A stretch of DNA of 64,000 nt, from the NCBI GenBank assembly GCA_965219685.1, contig CBDCOH010000002.1, forward strand, positions 736,001 through 800,000, given 5' to 3'. This DNA is from Candidatus Spongiisociaceae bacterium (GTDB taxonomy: Bacteria; Actinomycetota; Acidimicrobiia; Spongiisociales; Spongiisociaceae). This document shows positions 9,678 through 18,601 of this stretch, piece by piece (positions within the stretch are counted from its first letter, which is position 1; the number at the start of each line of letters is the position of its first letter). Below the pieces are notes generated by a model that made no database searches, was not told the DNA's origin, and saw nothing but the letters and a program-made list of their open reading frames with translations. The position numbers and the translations under genes were made by a program.

Positions 9678-9797
9678 CAGCGCCTAGGCACCTCGTTTTC
9701 CTCAACCTCGAACCTTCGGCAACCCCAATCCTTGTAGTGGTGGCATAGGAATACGGGCACCTGGAGACGGGATGATCTAAGGGCTGCTGGCCTCGCC

Positions 9798-11078
9798 TCA
9801 TCTATAGACCGCTGCACGGACGCCGGGGGACTTGACCAGCCGGCCTCCCTTCCAGACCATGCTGATCTGAGAAGCGTCGCCGAGGATCCTGATGTCGTCG
9901 AGGGGGTTCGTGGCTACCGCTATGACGTCGGCGTCGTAGCCTTCGGCCAGCAACCCTGCCTTGGGCGCCCTTGGGCCTAGCGTCGCCGGACCGTTGGCAG
10001 TGGCCGCCTCGATCGCCTGGAGGGGTGTCATGCCGGCTTTGACCAGGGCGGCGAGTTCCAGTCCGTTGGTGCCCCAAGGCCCGCCGCTAACCATGATGTC
10101 GGCTCCCGTGGCGATGGGAATCCCCGAGGCGATGGCGAGTCGCATCGCGTCGGTGTGTGTTCGGTGGACCTTGGCCTGGGCCTGCCACGCCCAATCGGGG
10201 ATCTGGCCCTTGAGCGACACCAGGTACTCGACGGCGTGGCGGGTCGGTACCGCCATAGTTCCCATCTCCAGCATCAGCTCGGCGGTTTCCCGGTCGAGGG
10301 TGCTGCAGTGCTCGATGGTCTTGACGCCCGCTCGTGTCGCTGCCTTCACACCCGCTAGCCCGTGGCAGTGGGCGCCCACCGCCATCTCCGCCATGGCCGC
10401 CTCCTCGACGATGGCGCGTAACTCCTTGTCGTTGAACTGCCGGTGGTCCGGATGGTCGAAATGGCTCATCGTCCCGCCCGTGGCGTTGATCTTGATCACC
10501 TTGGCGCCCACCCGGATCTGGCGGCGGACGGCCTTTATGCACTCCTCGACCCCGTCGCAGACGGCCACCCATCCCACGCCCGAAGCGGCCAGGTCATCCC
10601 TCCAGGACTCGGGCATCCAGTGGATGTCACTGTGCCCGGCCGTGGGACCGAGTGCCGATCCCGCCCCGTAAATGTTCGGCCCGACCAGGGTTCCCTCGTC
10701 GACCAGGCGACCCAGGTGAACCCCGAGGCCTCCCATCTCGCGCGTGCTGGTGAAGCCTGCCATCAGGAGGGTGTGCGCGTCGCGAGCTGCCCGGACCGCC
10801 AGCATCGGCAGCGGAGTGGTCGCGAGTTGTGTCAGATCGGGTCCCGCAGTTCCGAAGAAGTGGGAGTGGCAGTCCCACATACCGGGCATGACCACAGGCA
10901 CCTGATAGGTCGTGCTTCCCGGAGTCGCAGGGGCGTCCGCCGACAGCCCTGCAAACGTGATCGTCTCGCCATCTATCACCACGCACCCGTCGGGCACAGG
11001 ATCGCCCCGTCCCGGAATCAGCAGTTGGGCCTTGATCCTCACCGACTCACTAGTCACATCGTCCTCCCCGCATCGCAC
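9798..11078 (-). CDS. Amidohydrolase family protein (Xaa-Pro dipeptidase-like TIM-barrel metallohydrolase)
   Basis: PGMWDCHSH, IKINATGG, AHCHG, IEH, GAD, GYDADVIAV; start may be GTG 11057. Confidence 0.9.
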   Translation of the reverse strand: MRCGEDDVTSESVRIKAQLLIPGRGDPVPDGCVVIDGETITFAGLSADAPATPGSTTYQVPVVMPGMWDCHSHFFGTAGPDLTQLATTPLPMLAVRAARDAHTLLMAGFTSTREMGGLGVHLGRLVDEGTLVGPNIYGAGSALGPTAGHSDIHWMPESWRDDLAASGVGWVAVCDGVEECIKAVRRQIRVGAKVIKINATGGTMSHFDHPDHRQFNDKELRAIVEEAAMAEMAVGAHCHGLAGVKAATRAGVKTIEHCSTLDRETAELMLEMGTMAVPTRHAVEYLVSLKGQIPDWAWQAQAKVHRTHTDAMRLAIASGIPIATGADIMVSGGPWGTNGLELAALVKAGMTPLQAIEAATANGPATLGPRAPKAGLLAEGYDADVIAVATNPLDDIRILGDASQISMVWKGGRLVKSPGVRAAVYR

Positions 11079-11119
11079 GATAGGCTAGGTGGCCCGGAGT
11101 TTGCGACGAGGGATCCGGT

Positions 11120-11551
11120 TTGCGAGTCACCCGTAAGGTCTTCATCAACCGCAACCCGGGCATCGTGTTCGGTTACCTCGCCTCCCCGTCAAACGAGCCG
11201 ATCTGGCGCGCAAGCATCCTCAGTGCCACTCCGGACCAACCGGACGTCCTTGAGAGGGGCGCCACCGGCACGAGCCTTGTCAGGTTCATGGGCCGAGACG
11301 TAGACGTACGCTGGGAGATAGTGGAGTTCGATCCCGAAGCCAGGCTATGCAGGGAGTATGCGGCGGGGGTCCGGGGCGGCCGGGACCGCTACACGCTGCA
11401 GCGGTTCGGCATCGGATCCACCATAGTTAACGTTGAAGTAGAAGTTGAGTCGGCTGGTCTGATGGGCCTGCTCGCAACCAGCCGACGTACCTCGATGGAA
11501 CACGAACTCCGCACCGACCTACAACGCCTGAAGGCCATCCTCGAGGGATAG
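11120..11551 (+). CDS. SRPBCC/polyketide cyclase-like protein
   Basis: VFINRNPGIVFGYLASPSNEPIW...DLQRLKAILE pattern. Confidence 0.75.
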   Translation: MRVTRKVFINRNPGIVFGYLASPSNEPIWRASILSATPDQPDVLERGATGTSLVRFMGRDVDVRWEIVEFDPEARLCREYAAGVRGGRDRYTLQRFGIGSTIVNVEVEVESAGLMGLLATSRRTSMEHELRTDLQRLKAILEG

Positions 11552-11599
11552 TCGCCGATTGCCGGTTGCCAGGCTATAGCACTAGGTTGAGGTTGTTAG

Positions 11600-11693
11600 C
11601 ACCACTCACCATTCACCATTCACCATTCACCATTCACCATTCACCACTCACCACTCACCACTCACCACTCACCACTCACCACTCACCACTCAC
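11600..11693 (-). repeat. Heptamer array, 13 units (CACCAYT on +)
   Basis: CACCACT, 5x CACCATT, 7x CACCACT; abuts the TAG of the minus-strand GS-like gene. Confidence 0.97.
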
Positions 11694-13057
11694 TAATAAA
11701 GCTCTAGGTACTCGTTGGTTTCCCAGGCGCTGATCTCGTCGGTGCGTTGCGAGTCGGGGTCATCGTTCTCCTCGGCGGAGTACCGACCCAGTTCGTAGCG
11801 ACGCACCGCCAGCATGGCATCCTTGAACTCCTGGCCGAAGAATTCGGTGGTGGCCGCACTAGCCTCGAAGTGGTCCAGTGCCTCGCCGAGGGTGGCCGGG
11901 AGCTTCTCTAGTGACTCATCCTCTTCGGCAGGAACTCCCTTGCGGGAAGGCGCCGGGGGCTCCAGTCCGTTCTCGATCCCGTCCAATCCGGCAGCCAGTA
12001 TCGCCGCGCTGGCCAGGTACGGGTTCATCAAGGCGCTCGGAGAGCGGGTCTCGATCCGCGTGGCGTCCGGACCGGCCGCCTTCACTCTGAGCAGGGCCGA
12101 GCGGTCCTCGAGTCCCCATGAAATGTTGGTGGGACTAAAGGTGTGGGTACGGCGCCGCCGGCGGCAGTTGATGGTGGGGGCGAGCAGGGCGTCGATGGCG
12201 TTGGCATGGGTGATGAGCCCGGCGACGAACTGGAGACCGGTTTCGCTGAGTCCTTGATCGTGGGATTCGTCAGCCATGACATTCTGCCCGCTGTCCTTGT
12301 CCACCAGCGACATGTGGATGTGGCAGCCGTTCCCGGAGTGTCCAGCCCACGGCTTGGTCATGAAGGTGGCCACGTAGCCGTCCTGATGAGCGATCTGCTT
12401 GGCGCCGTTCTTGAAGGTGAACGCCTTGTCGGGGCCGTCCATACCGGTGCCCGGGGTGAAGTTGATCTCCCACTGGGATCCTGCGTATTCGCAGTTGGAG
12501 GTGATGATGTCGATTCCGGCGTCGGGCATCAGGTCCACGATCCTGTTGATGGTCGGAACCCACTCGTTGCGGACGACGTTGAAGATGTGGTAGCCCTCGA
12601 AAAGGCGTTCGTGGGTCTCGCCGTCGAGGAGGTAGAACTCGAACTCGCATCCGGTCATCGGTGCGAAACCCATGGCCGCGGCCTTGGCCAGTACCCGGCG
12701 GTAGACGGCCCTAGGGGTGGCCTCCAAGGTCTTGCCGTCGTACCACTGCGCGTCGCAGATGAGGCGCGCGGTCTCAGGAGCCCAGGGCACGATCGCGGCT
12801 GTGGCCGGGTCGGGGAACAGGAGTTGGTCTCCGTAGCCGACCTCTTCGTTGTAGAGGCTTCCGGGCACGACATCGGAGCGTGTGTCGAGCACCGCGGTCC
12901 CCCCGTACATGTTGAGGCCTTTCACAGCGAAGCTCCGGGCGGCCTTGAGGGGGACGACCTTGGTGCGGGAAGTCCCATGCAGGTCGGGTAGCTCGAAGCG
13001 CACCCTCTTGATTCCCTGTGACTCCCAGTCGTCGAAGATTTGGTCGAACTCGGACAC
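11693..13057 (-). CDS. Glutamine synthetase-like ligase (second paralog)
   Basis: DLHGTSRTK, GCEFEFY, EYAGSQWE, FMTKP, SGNGCHIHMS, WGLEDRS, ETRSP, NPY. Confidence 0.9.
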   Translation of the reverse strand: MSEFDQIFDDWESQGIKRVRFELPDLHGTSRTKVVPLKAARSFAVKGLNMYGGTAVLDTRSDVVPGSLYNEEVGYGDQLLFPDPATAAIVPWAPETARLICDAQWYDGKTLEATPRAVYRRVLAKAAAMGFAPMTGCEFEFYLLDGETHERLFEGYHIFNVVRNEWVPTINRIVDLMPDAGIDIITSNCEYAGSQWEINFTPGTGMDGPDKAFTFKNGAKQIAHQDGYVATFMTKPWAGHSGNGCHIHMSLVDKDSGQNVMADESHDQGLSETGLQFVAGLITHANAIDALLAPTINCRRRRRTHTFSPTNISWGLEDRSALLRVKAAGPDATRIETRSPSALMNPYLASAAILAAGLDGIENGLEPPAPSRKGVPAEEDESLEKLPATLGEALDHFEASAATTEFFGQEFKDAMLAVRRYELGRYSAEENDDPDSQRTDEISAWETNEYLELY

Positions 13058-13143
13058 CTTCCGAACCTCCTCGTAACCGGCCCTACGATCGGGAACGACC
13101 CAGGCCTACGTCGTGGTCCGCCGATTATAAGTGGTCGGCCCAC

Positions 13144-13276
13144 CACCATTCACCATTCACCATTCACCATTCACCATTCACCATTCACCATTCACCATTC
13201 ACCATTCACCATTCACCATTCACCATTCACCATTCACCATTCACCATTCACCATCCACCATCCACCATCCACCATC
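13144..13276 (+). repeat. Heptamer array, 19 units (15x CACCATT + 4x CACCATC)
   Basis: Direct reading; lies between divergent genes and ends just before a TATCAT -10 box. Confidence 0.98.
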
Positions 13277-13293
13277 CAAGGTATCATCCTTCG

Positions 13294-14640
13294 ATGGCGA
13301 CATCACACCCCCGCGAATCGGCGGTCTTCTACCGCGTTCCCGACGACAAGTACCCGACGATGGTCCGCGCCTCGGGATTCCACCTGTGGGACTCTTCCGG
13401 TAAGCAGTACCTGGACCTGTCCAGCGGCATCTCGGCTACCGCCGGAATAGGGCAGGGCCGGCCGGAGATAGCCGAAGCCATGGCGGACCAGGCGCGTACC
13501 CTTTCCTTCGTCCACAACTCCCGGGTGACCAACGACCAGCAGGAGTTGCTGGCCGCACGCCTCGCCGAGTTGGCCCCGGACGGGGTGGGCAAGGTCATGT
13601 TCACCTCCGGCGGATCGGAGGCCAACGAACTGTCCATCCGCATAGCTCGCCAGTACCACCTGGCCAGGGGTGACTGGGAGCGGACCAAGATCGTTGCCCT
13701 CTCGCCCAGCTATCACGGCGCCACGGTCGGGGCTCTGTCGATGACCGGTCGCTGGGATGTGAACCGGGCTTACGACCCGCATCTCATGCACACGGTAAAG
13801 GTGACGTCGCCGGTCAACTTTCGGGGGCCCTTCGCAGGGCTGGAGGGGGAGGCTCTCGCGGATCGCGCCGCGGCCGCTGTGGACTCCGCCATCGAGGCGA
13901 CCGGACCGCATACGGTATCGGCTGTCATGGTCGAGCCGGTGTCCCCGTCGGCCGGGATGGCGGTGCCTCCTGCCTCGTACTGGCAGAAAGTGCGCGAGAT
14001 CTGCGATCGTCACGGGATCCTGCTCATCACCGATGAGATCGTGACCGGGGCCGGACGGACCGGCGAGTTCCTGGCCATGGAACACTTCGGGGTGGTTGCC
14101 GACCTCTGCAACCTGGCGAAGGGACTCAGCGGTGGATACGTGCCTCTTGGAGCGACGCTCGTCCGGACCGGGATCGTCGACGAGATAGCCGTCCAGAGCC
14201 GCCGGATGGCCGAGGTCCACACCTTCAGTGGCGCACCGATCTCCTGTGCGGTGGGTGTGGCCGTGCTGGAGGTCATCGTCCGGGAAGGTCTGGTCGAACA
14301 GGCGGCCAAGCGAGGGGCCTTCCTACATTTCCTGCTCGAGCACGAGTTGGGCCACCTACCGGTGGTCGGCGAGATCCGCGGTATCGGCCTCATGCAGATG
14401 GTCGAGTACGTGCGGTCGCGTGACGGCCGTGAGAAGTTCCCGCCGGAGTCGAACGTGGCCGCATCCCTGTCCTCCGCCATGTACGAGCGCGGGGTGGTGC
14501 TCAACACGCTCGGCTCGCAGAGTGCCCTGGTGGGGGATTGCACGGTCTTCTTTCCGGCCCTGACCATCGGTGAGTCGGATCTCGAACAAGGGGTCGCCGT
14601 ACTCCGCGAGGTGTTGGAGGAACAGCATGGCCGGTGGTGA
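13294..14640 (+). CDS. Class-III PLP aminotransferase (third paralog), probably leaderless
   Basis: SGGSEANE, SYHGAT, DEIVTGAGRTG, LAKGLSGG; TATCAT 6 nt before ATG 13294; the ORF extension to 13018 is repeat-derived. Confidence 0.92.
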   Translation: MATSHPRESAVFYRVPDDKYPTMVRASGFHLWDSSGKQYLDLSSGISATAGIGQGRPEIAEAMADQARTLSFVHNSRVTNDQQELLAARLAELAPDGVGKVMFTSGGSEANELSIRIARQYHLARGDWERTKIVALSPSYHGATVGALSMTGRWDVNRAYDPHLMHTVKVTSPVNFRGPFAGLEGEALADRAAAAVDSAIEATGPHTVSAVMVEPVSPSAGMAVPPASYWQKVREICDRHGILLITDEIVTGAGRTGEFLAMEHFGVVADLCNLAKGLSGGYVPLGATLVRTGIVDEIAVQSRRMAEVHTFSGAPISCAVGVAVLEVIVREGLVEQAAKRGAFLHFLLEHELGHLPVVGEIRGIGLMQMVEYVRSRDGREKFPPESNVAASLSSAMYERGVVLNTLGSQSALVGDCTVFFPALTIGESDLEQGVAVLREVLEEQHGRW

Positions 14641-15601
14641 GATAACCCTGCGGAAGATCGTCGATGCTTACGAGCGGATGGCGCCGCCGGTCCGCGTCAC
14701 CCCGGTCCTTCCGGTAGCACGATCCTCCGCTGAAGTCGGGAAGGAGCGTCTGTTCCTGAAGGCCGAGCACCTCCAGGTGACCGGGTCGTACAAGGCACGC
14801 GCCGCCTTCCATATCCTCCGCACCCTGGACGACGAGCAGCGCCGGAGGGGGATCGTCATGTCCTCGTCGGGGAACTTCGCCCAAGCCTTCGCCTACGCCG
14901 GACCGGTGGTCGGGTCGCCGGTAGCGATCATCATGCCCGACTACACGGCGGATGTGAAGGTGCAATCCACAAGGGACTACGGAGCCCAGGTGGTCCTCTG
15001 TCCGACCTTCGCCGACCGTGACCCCACCGTCGAGCGCGTGGCGAAGGAGCAGGGGATGTTCGCTCTCCACTCGTTCGAGCACCCTGAAGTTCCGATCGGC
15101 CATTCCGGGATCGGCCTGGAGATCCTCGAACAGGTTCCCGATGTCGAGACCGTCCTGATACCCATATCCAGCGGCGGGCTGGCCGCCGGGATAGCGGTGG
15201 CGATCAAGGAGAACCGCCCGGACGTCGAGGTACTCGGTGTCCAGCCGGAGGGCGGCAACGCGGCCTACCTGTCATGGCAGGCCGGGGAAGTACGAACCAT
15301 CGAGAACTGGAACTCGATGGCGGACGCCCTTTCGGGTCGCCGACCGGGAGAACTGCCCTTCCGTTACCTCCAGCGATACCTCGATGACATCCTGCTGGTC
15401 AGTGAGGAGGCCATCGCGGAGTCGGTGAGGACGATCCTGTTTCGAACCAAGACCTTGGCCGAGCCCGGAGGGGCGACCGCGGCGGCTGCTTTCCTCGACG
15501 GCCTCGTCGACAACGACCGCGTGACCGTGGCCATCGCATCCGGGGGCAACATCCAGCCCTCCGTCCTTGACGCGATCCTGGCCGGGTCTGGTGGGGACTG
15601 A
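14627..15601 (+). CDS. Threonine/serine dehydratase family PLP enzyme
   Basis: LKAEHLQVTGSYKARAA, SSGNFAQ, ISSGGL, EPGG, SGGN; GGAGG SD before ATG 14627. Confidence 0.9.
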   Translation: MAGGEITLRKIVDAYERMAPPVRVTPVLPVARSSAEVGKERLFLKAEHLQVTGSYKARAAFHILRTLDDEQRRRGIVMSSSGNFAQAFAYAGPVVGSPVAIIMPDYTADVKVQSTRDYGAQVVLCPTFADRDPTVERVAKEQGMFALHSFEHPEVPIGHSGIGLEILEQVPDVETVLIPISSGGLAAGIAVAIKENRPDVEVLGVQPEGGNAAYLSWQAGEVRTIENWNSMADALSGRRPGELPFRYLQRYLDDILLVSEEAIAESVRTILFRTKTLAEPGGATAAAAFLDGLVDNDRVTVAIASGGNIQPSVLDAILAGSGGD

Positions 15602-15622
15602 ACCGATGACCGGAGGTAGCGG

Positions 15623-16423
15623 ATGACCGGGTCACGGCCCCGCATAGGGATAGTCGGGTATGGCCTCATCGGTTCCTACGTGTACGAGCAGATCAGTACC
15701 CGACCTGGACTAGGGCTCGACGTGGCGTTCGTTCACAACCGCAGTCCCGAGAAGGTTGCTCACCTTCCGGCCGAACTTGTCCTGGAGGATCTCGGGGACT
15801 TTGCCCGGTACGAGGCCGATCTCGTGGTCGAGTTGGCCCATGCGTCGGTCACGGTGGCCCACGGCGCCACCTTCCTCCGCCATACCGACTACATGCCCCT
15901 GTCGCTCACGGCCCTCGCCGACGCGGAGTTGGAACGGACGCTGCTGGACACCGCCGAAGCCCACGGCACCGGGCTGTACGTTCCCCACGGGGCCGTGGTC
16001 GGATTGGAAGCGATCGCCGAGGGTCGGGACCAGTGGGACGAGGTGACCATGGTGATGCGTAAGAGCCCCTCCAGCATCGACTTTGCCGAGCACCCGACCC
16101 TCACGGGGGAGGGGATCGATGAGGACACGGTGATCTACGACGGACCCACCAGGGGTATTTGCCCGCTCTTTCCCCGCAACGTCAACTCCCACGCCGCTCT
16201 GGCCCTAGGTGGAATCGGATTCGACCGGACCCGATCGGTGCTGGTAGGGGTGACGGACTCCCAAACCTCCGACATCGAGATCACCGCCCGCGGTGAGGCC
16301 GCCGATCTGACCATCAGGCGGGTCAGTCCCATGAAGGGTGTGAGCGGCATGTTCACCCTGATTTCCGCTCTGGGCAGCGTCGTACGCGCCAAGAGTCCGG
16401 GGGCAGGACTACAGATCTGCTGA
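15623..16423 (+). CDS. Aspartate dehydrogenase-domain protein (NadX-like)
   Basis: GIVGYGLIG Rossmann motif, GAVVGLE, RKSP, FPRNVNSHAALAL. Confidence 0.8.
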   Translation: MTGSRPRIGIVGYGLIGSYVYEQISTRPGLGLDVAFVHNRSPEKVAHLPAELVLEDLGDFARYEADLVVELAHASVTVAHGATFLRHTDYMPLSLTALADAELERTLLDTAEAHGTGLYVPHGAVVGLEAIAEGRDQWDEVTMVMRKSPSSIDFAEHPTLTGEGIDEDTVIYDGPTRGICPLFPRNVNSHAALALGGIGFDRTRSVLVGVTDSQTSDIEITARGEAADLTIRRVSPMKGVSGMFTLISALGSVVRAKSPGAGLQIC

Positions 16424-16503
16424 CCGAGTTGGTGGTCTATAGTCTATAGTTTCTAGCCGGTAGTGATGGTGTACGTTTGCTGTCTACAACTACCGACTAC
16501 CGA

Positions 16504-17304
16504 CTAACCGTCGTACCAACCTACGCATCCGGGATATACGTGGCCGCGCGCCGGGACCATGCGGTGGGCGAACCACTCGGATTCCTGGTCGGTGTAGGTG
16601 CAGCGCCCGCTGAAGTAGATCGTGACCAGGCCCCGTCTTGAGTGGTCGGAGACGTTCGGTCCGCTCATGTGGATGATCTCGCCGTGGTGGATGCAGGCAT
16701 CGCCCGCCTCGAGTTCGACCGGCTCGAACTCGAGTTCGTCAGGGTTCAGGTCGGGCGCCGCCCCTCCGAACAGGGCATCCTTGCTGAAGTCCCGGTCGTG
16801 CGCGAATACCTGGCGGTGGCTTCCGGGAACGAACTGGGTGCAACCCCTCTCGAGAGTCGAGTCGTCCAGGGCAAGCCACACCGAGAGTTTTCCCTTCCCG
16901 GACCAGAAGACTTCCCAGTAGGCGTTGTCCTGGTGCGCCGGCGCGCCGCTCCCGCCGGGGGGTTTCAGAAAGGTCTGGTCGGTGTAGTAGACGATGTCGG
17001 GACCGAGCAGGTCCTCCACCACGTCGAGCGTCTTGGGCCGCAGGGTGTAGGACTCGAGGAGTTCGCGGCTTGCGTGCGCGGCATGCATGAGGGCGCGGAA
17101 CTTCTCCGTCCTCGGTATGTCCGCGCGGTCGGCGAGAACGGGGTCGATGTCGATGAGTATGTTCTCGTCGGGTGGGTCCTGTTCAACAAGACCCTCCATG
17201 ATCCTGCGGATGTTGGTGAGTTCGTCGTCATCGACGAAGTTCTCGACCCTCAAGAACCCGTTACGCTCCCAGGTACCGATCTCTTCCGCAGTGAGTGCTT
17301 TCAT
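16504..17304 (-). CDS. Phytanoyl-CoA dioxygenase (PhyH) family Fe(II)/2-oxoglutarate oxygenase
   Basis: FLKPPGG, HQD, WLALDD, VPGSH, HMSGPN...RR. Confidence 0.9.
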   Translation of the reverse strand: MKALTAEEIGTWERNGFLRVENFVDDDELTNIRRIMEGLVEQDPPDENILIDIDPVLADRADIPRTEKFRALMHAAHASRELLESYTLRPKTLDVVEDLLGPDIVYYTDQTFLKPPGGSGAPAHQDNAYWEVFWSGKGKLSVWLALDDSTLERGCTQFVPGSHRQVFAHDRDFSKDALFGGAAPDLNPDELEFEPVELEAGDACIHHGEIIHMSGPNVSDHSRRGLVTIYFSGRCTYTDQESEWFAHRMVPARGHVYPGCVGWYDG

Positions 17305-17468
17305 GCTCCCCAAGTTCCCTCTTCCCGGCGACGAAACTCTACCAAGCGCGGTTTGCCCCTCCGCCCACCGTTCGCGGTCACGCTCGGCCTCGGTCGTGGA
17401 GTCGCCCGGACGTAGCGGCCCGCGGGCGTGCACTTGCCCGACCGGCAACCGCCAACGGACGAGCGACC

Positions 17469-18260
17469 ATGACTGACCACAGGCTCTTGAATCGGTTCGA
17501 CCTGGTGCTGGCCGAGTCCTTCCGCCAGACCATCCGGGACTGCGGGGGTGAGATATGGGAGGCGAACGGGGTGGTTTCGTGGGCCAGTTCCCTCAAGCAG
17601 TCCTCTCCCGCCCATGCCAACGGGGTGATGCGTCTGAACCGGCTGATGTCCGCCAGGGAAGTGATAGGCATCACCTCAGGGTTCTTCCGGGCTCGGGGTC
17701 ACGGTTACACCGTGCTGGTCCGTTCCGACGACCGGGCGCTGCGTGGTGAGATCGAGCGTGCGGGTTGGGGCATGGAGTTCGAGCATGCGGCCCTAGTCAT
17801 GACCGAACGGCCACCGGAGCCGGCGAGCGAGGGAGATGTGGAGACGCGCCGGGTGAAGGACCCGTCCGGCATGCTTGATTTCTGCGCGACGATCACGGCT
17901 GCCATGGGTTCGGACCAGGACGTGCAGCGGTTCGTGAACCTCGGCCTGCGGAGGATCCAGGCCCTGCTCGGGCCTACCAAGGCCGCGTTCCTGGCCTACG
18001 ACGATGGAGCTCCCGCGGCCTGCGCCCTCGGGTCGCTCATCGACGGAGTTGCGTCGATCGGATGGATAGGGGCCAAACCCGAACACCGTCGCCGAGGACT
18101 CGCCACCGCGGTCACCCGAGCCGCCATCCAAACCGGTTTCGACCAGGGCGCAAGCATGGCCGCGGCGCTCAGTCCCGTTGCCGCGGTGGCCTTCCTCGGT
18201 GACATGGGATTCGCGGAGGTAGGGCGTTACCGGGAGTACGTATTCCCGCCCCCGCGCTGA
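17469..18260 (+). CDS. GNAT-family N-acetyltransferase
   Basis: IGAKPEHRRRGLATAVT acetyl-CoA-binding motif near the C-terminus. Confidence 0.8.
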   Translation: MTDHRLLNRFDLVLAESFRQTIRDCGGEIWEANGVVSWASSLKQSSPAHANGVMRLNRLMSAREVIGITSGFFRARGHGYTVLVRSDDRALRGEIERAGWGMEFEHAALVMTERPPEPASEGDVETRRVKDPSGMLDFCATITAAMGSDQDVQRFVNLGLRRIQALLGPTKAAFLAYDDGAPAACALGSLIDGVASIGWIGAKPEHRRRGLATAVTRAAIQTGFDQGASMAAALSPVAAVAFLGDMGFAEVGRYREYVFPPPR

Positions 18261-18502
18261 GAGTTACCGAATCCGTGCGGACGATGAGTTGCAGGAGAGG
18301 GTCTACGGGGTTCCACTCCGTCCTGCTCACACCATGCGAGGTAGTCGCCGATCGATCTCCGGAACTCGCGGCGCAGACGCTGGACATCGGTTGCTTCGAA
18401 TGTGGCGATCGGGTACGGACCGCTGTTGATGACGCTGCCATGGAGCCGATCGACAGAAGCATCGTATTCGACCCTGGCGATGAATCCCTTGTATTCGATC
18501 AT
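18227..18502 (-). CDS. hicB: HicB-like antitoxin, orphan and probably C-terminally truncated
   Basis: MIEYKGFIARVEYD...HGSV...TFEA...EFRRSIGDYLAWCEQDGVEP; no recognisable DNA-binding tail; no intact hicA upstream. Confidence 0.7.
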   Translation of the reverse strand: MIEYKGFIARVEYDASVDRLHGSVINSGPYPIATFEATDVQRLRREFRRSIGDYLAWCEQDGVEPRRPSPATHRPHGFGNSQRGGGNTYSR

Positions 18503-18601
18503 GGGGTCGGTCCCCACCTTCCTAAAGCCGTCGCCGGAGCAGGACATCCTGTAGTCCACCACCGGTCGTAGACTGATCTTCGCAGCTATTGGGAGGTCTC
18601 G

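Noticed and set aside
13018-13293. His-rich HHSPFTI N-terminal extension of the aminotransferase (also on Lhr, 34569-34808)
   Set aside because: Translation of the stop-free strand of a heptamer array; all three frames give the same peptide and better starts lie downstream.
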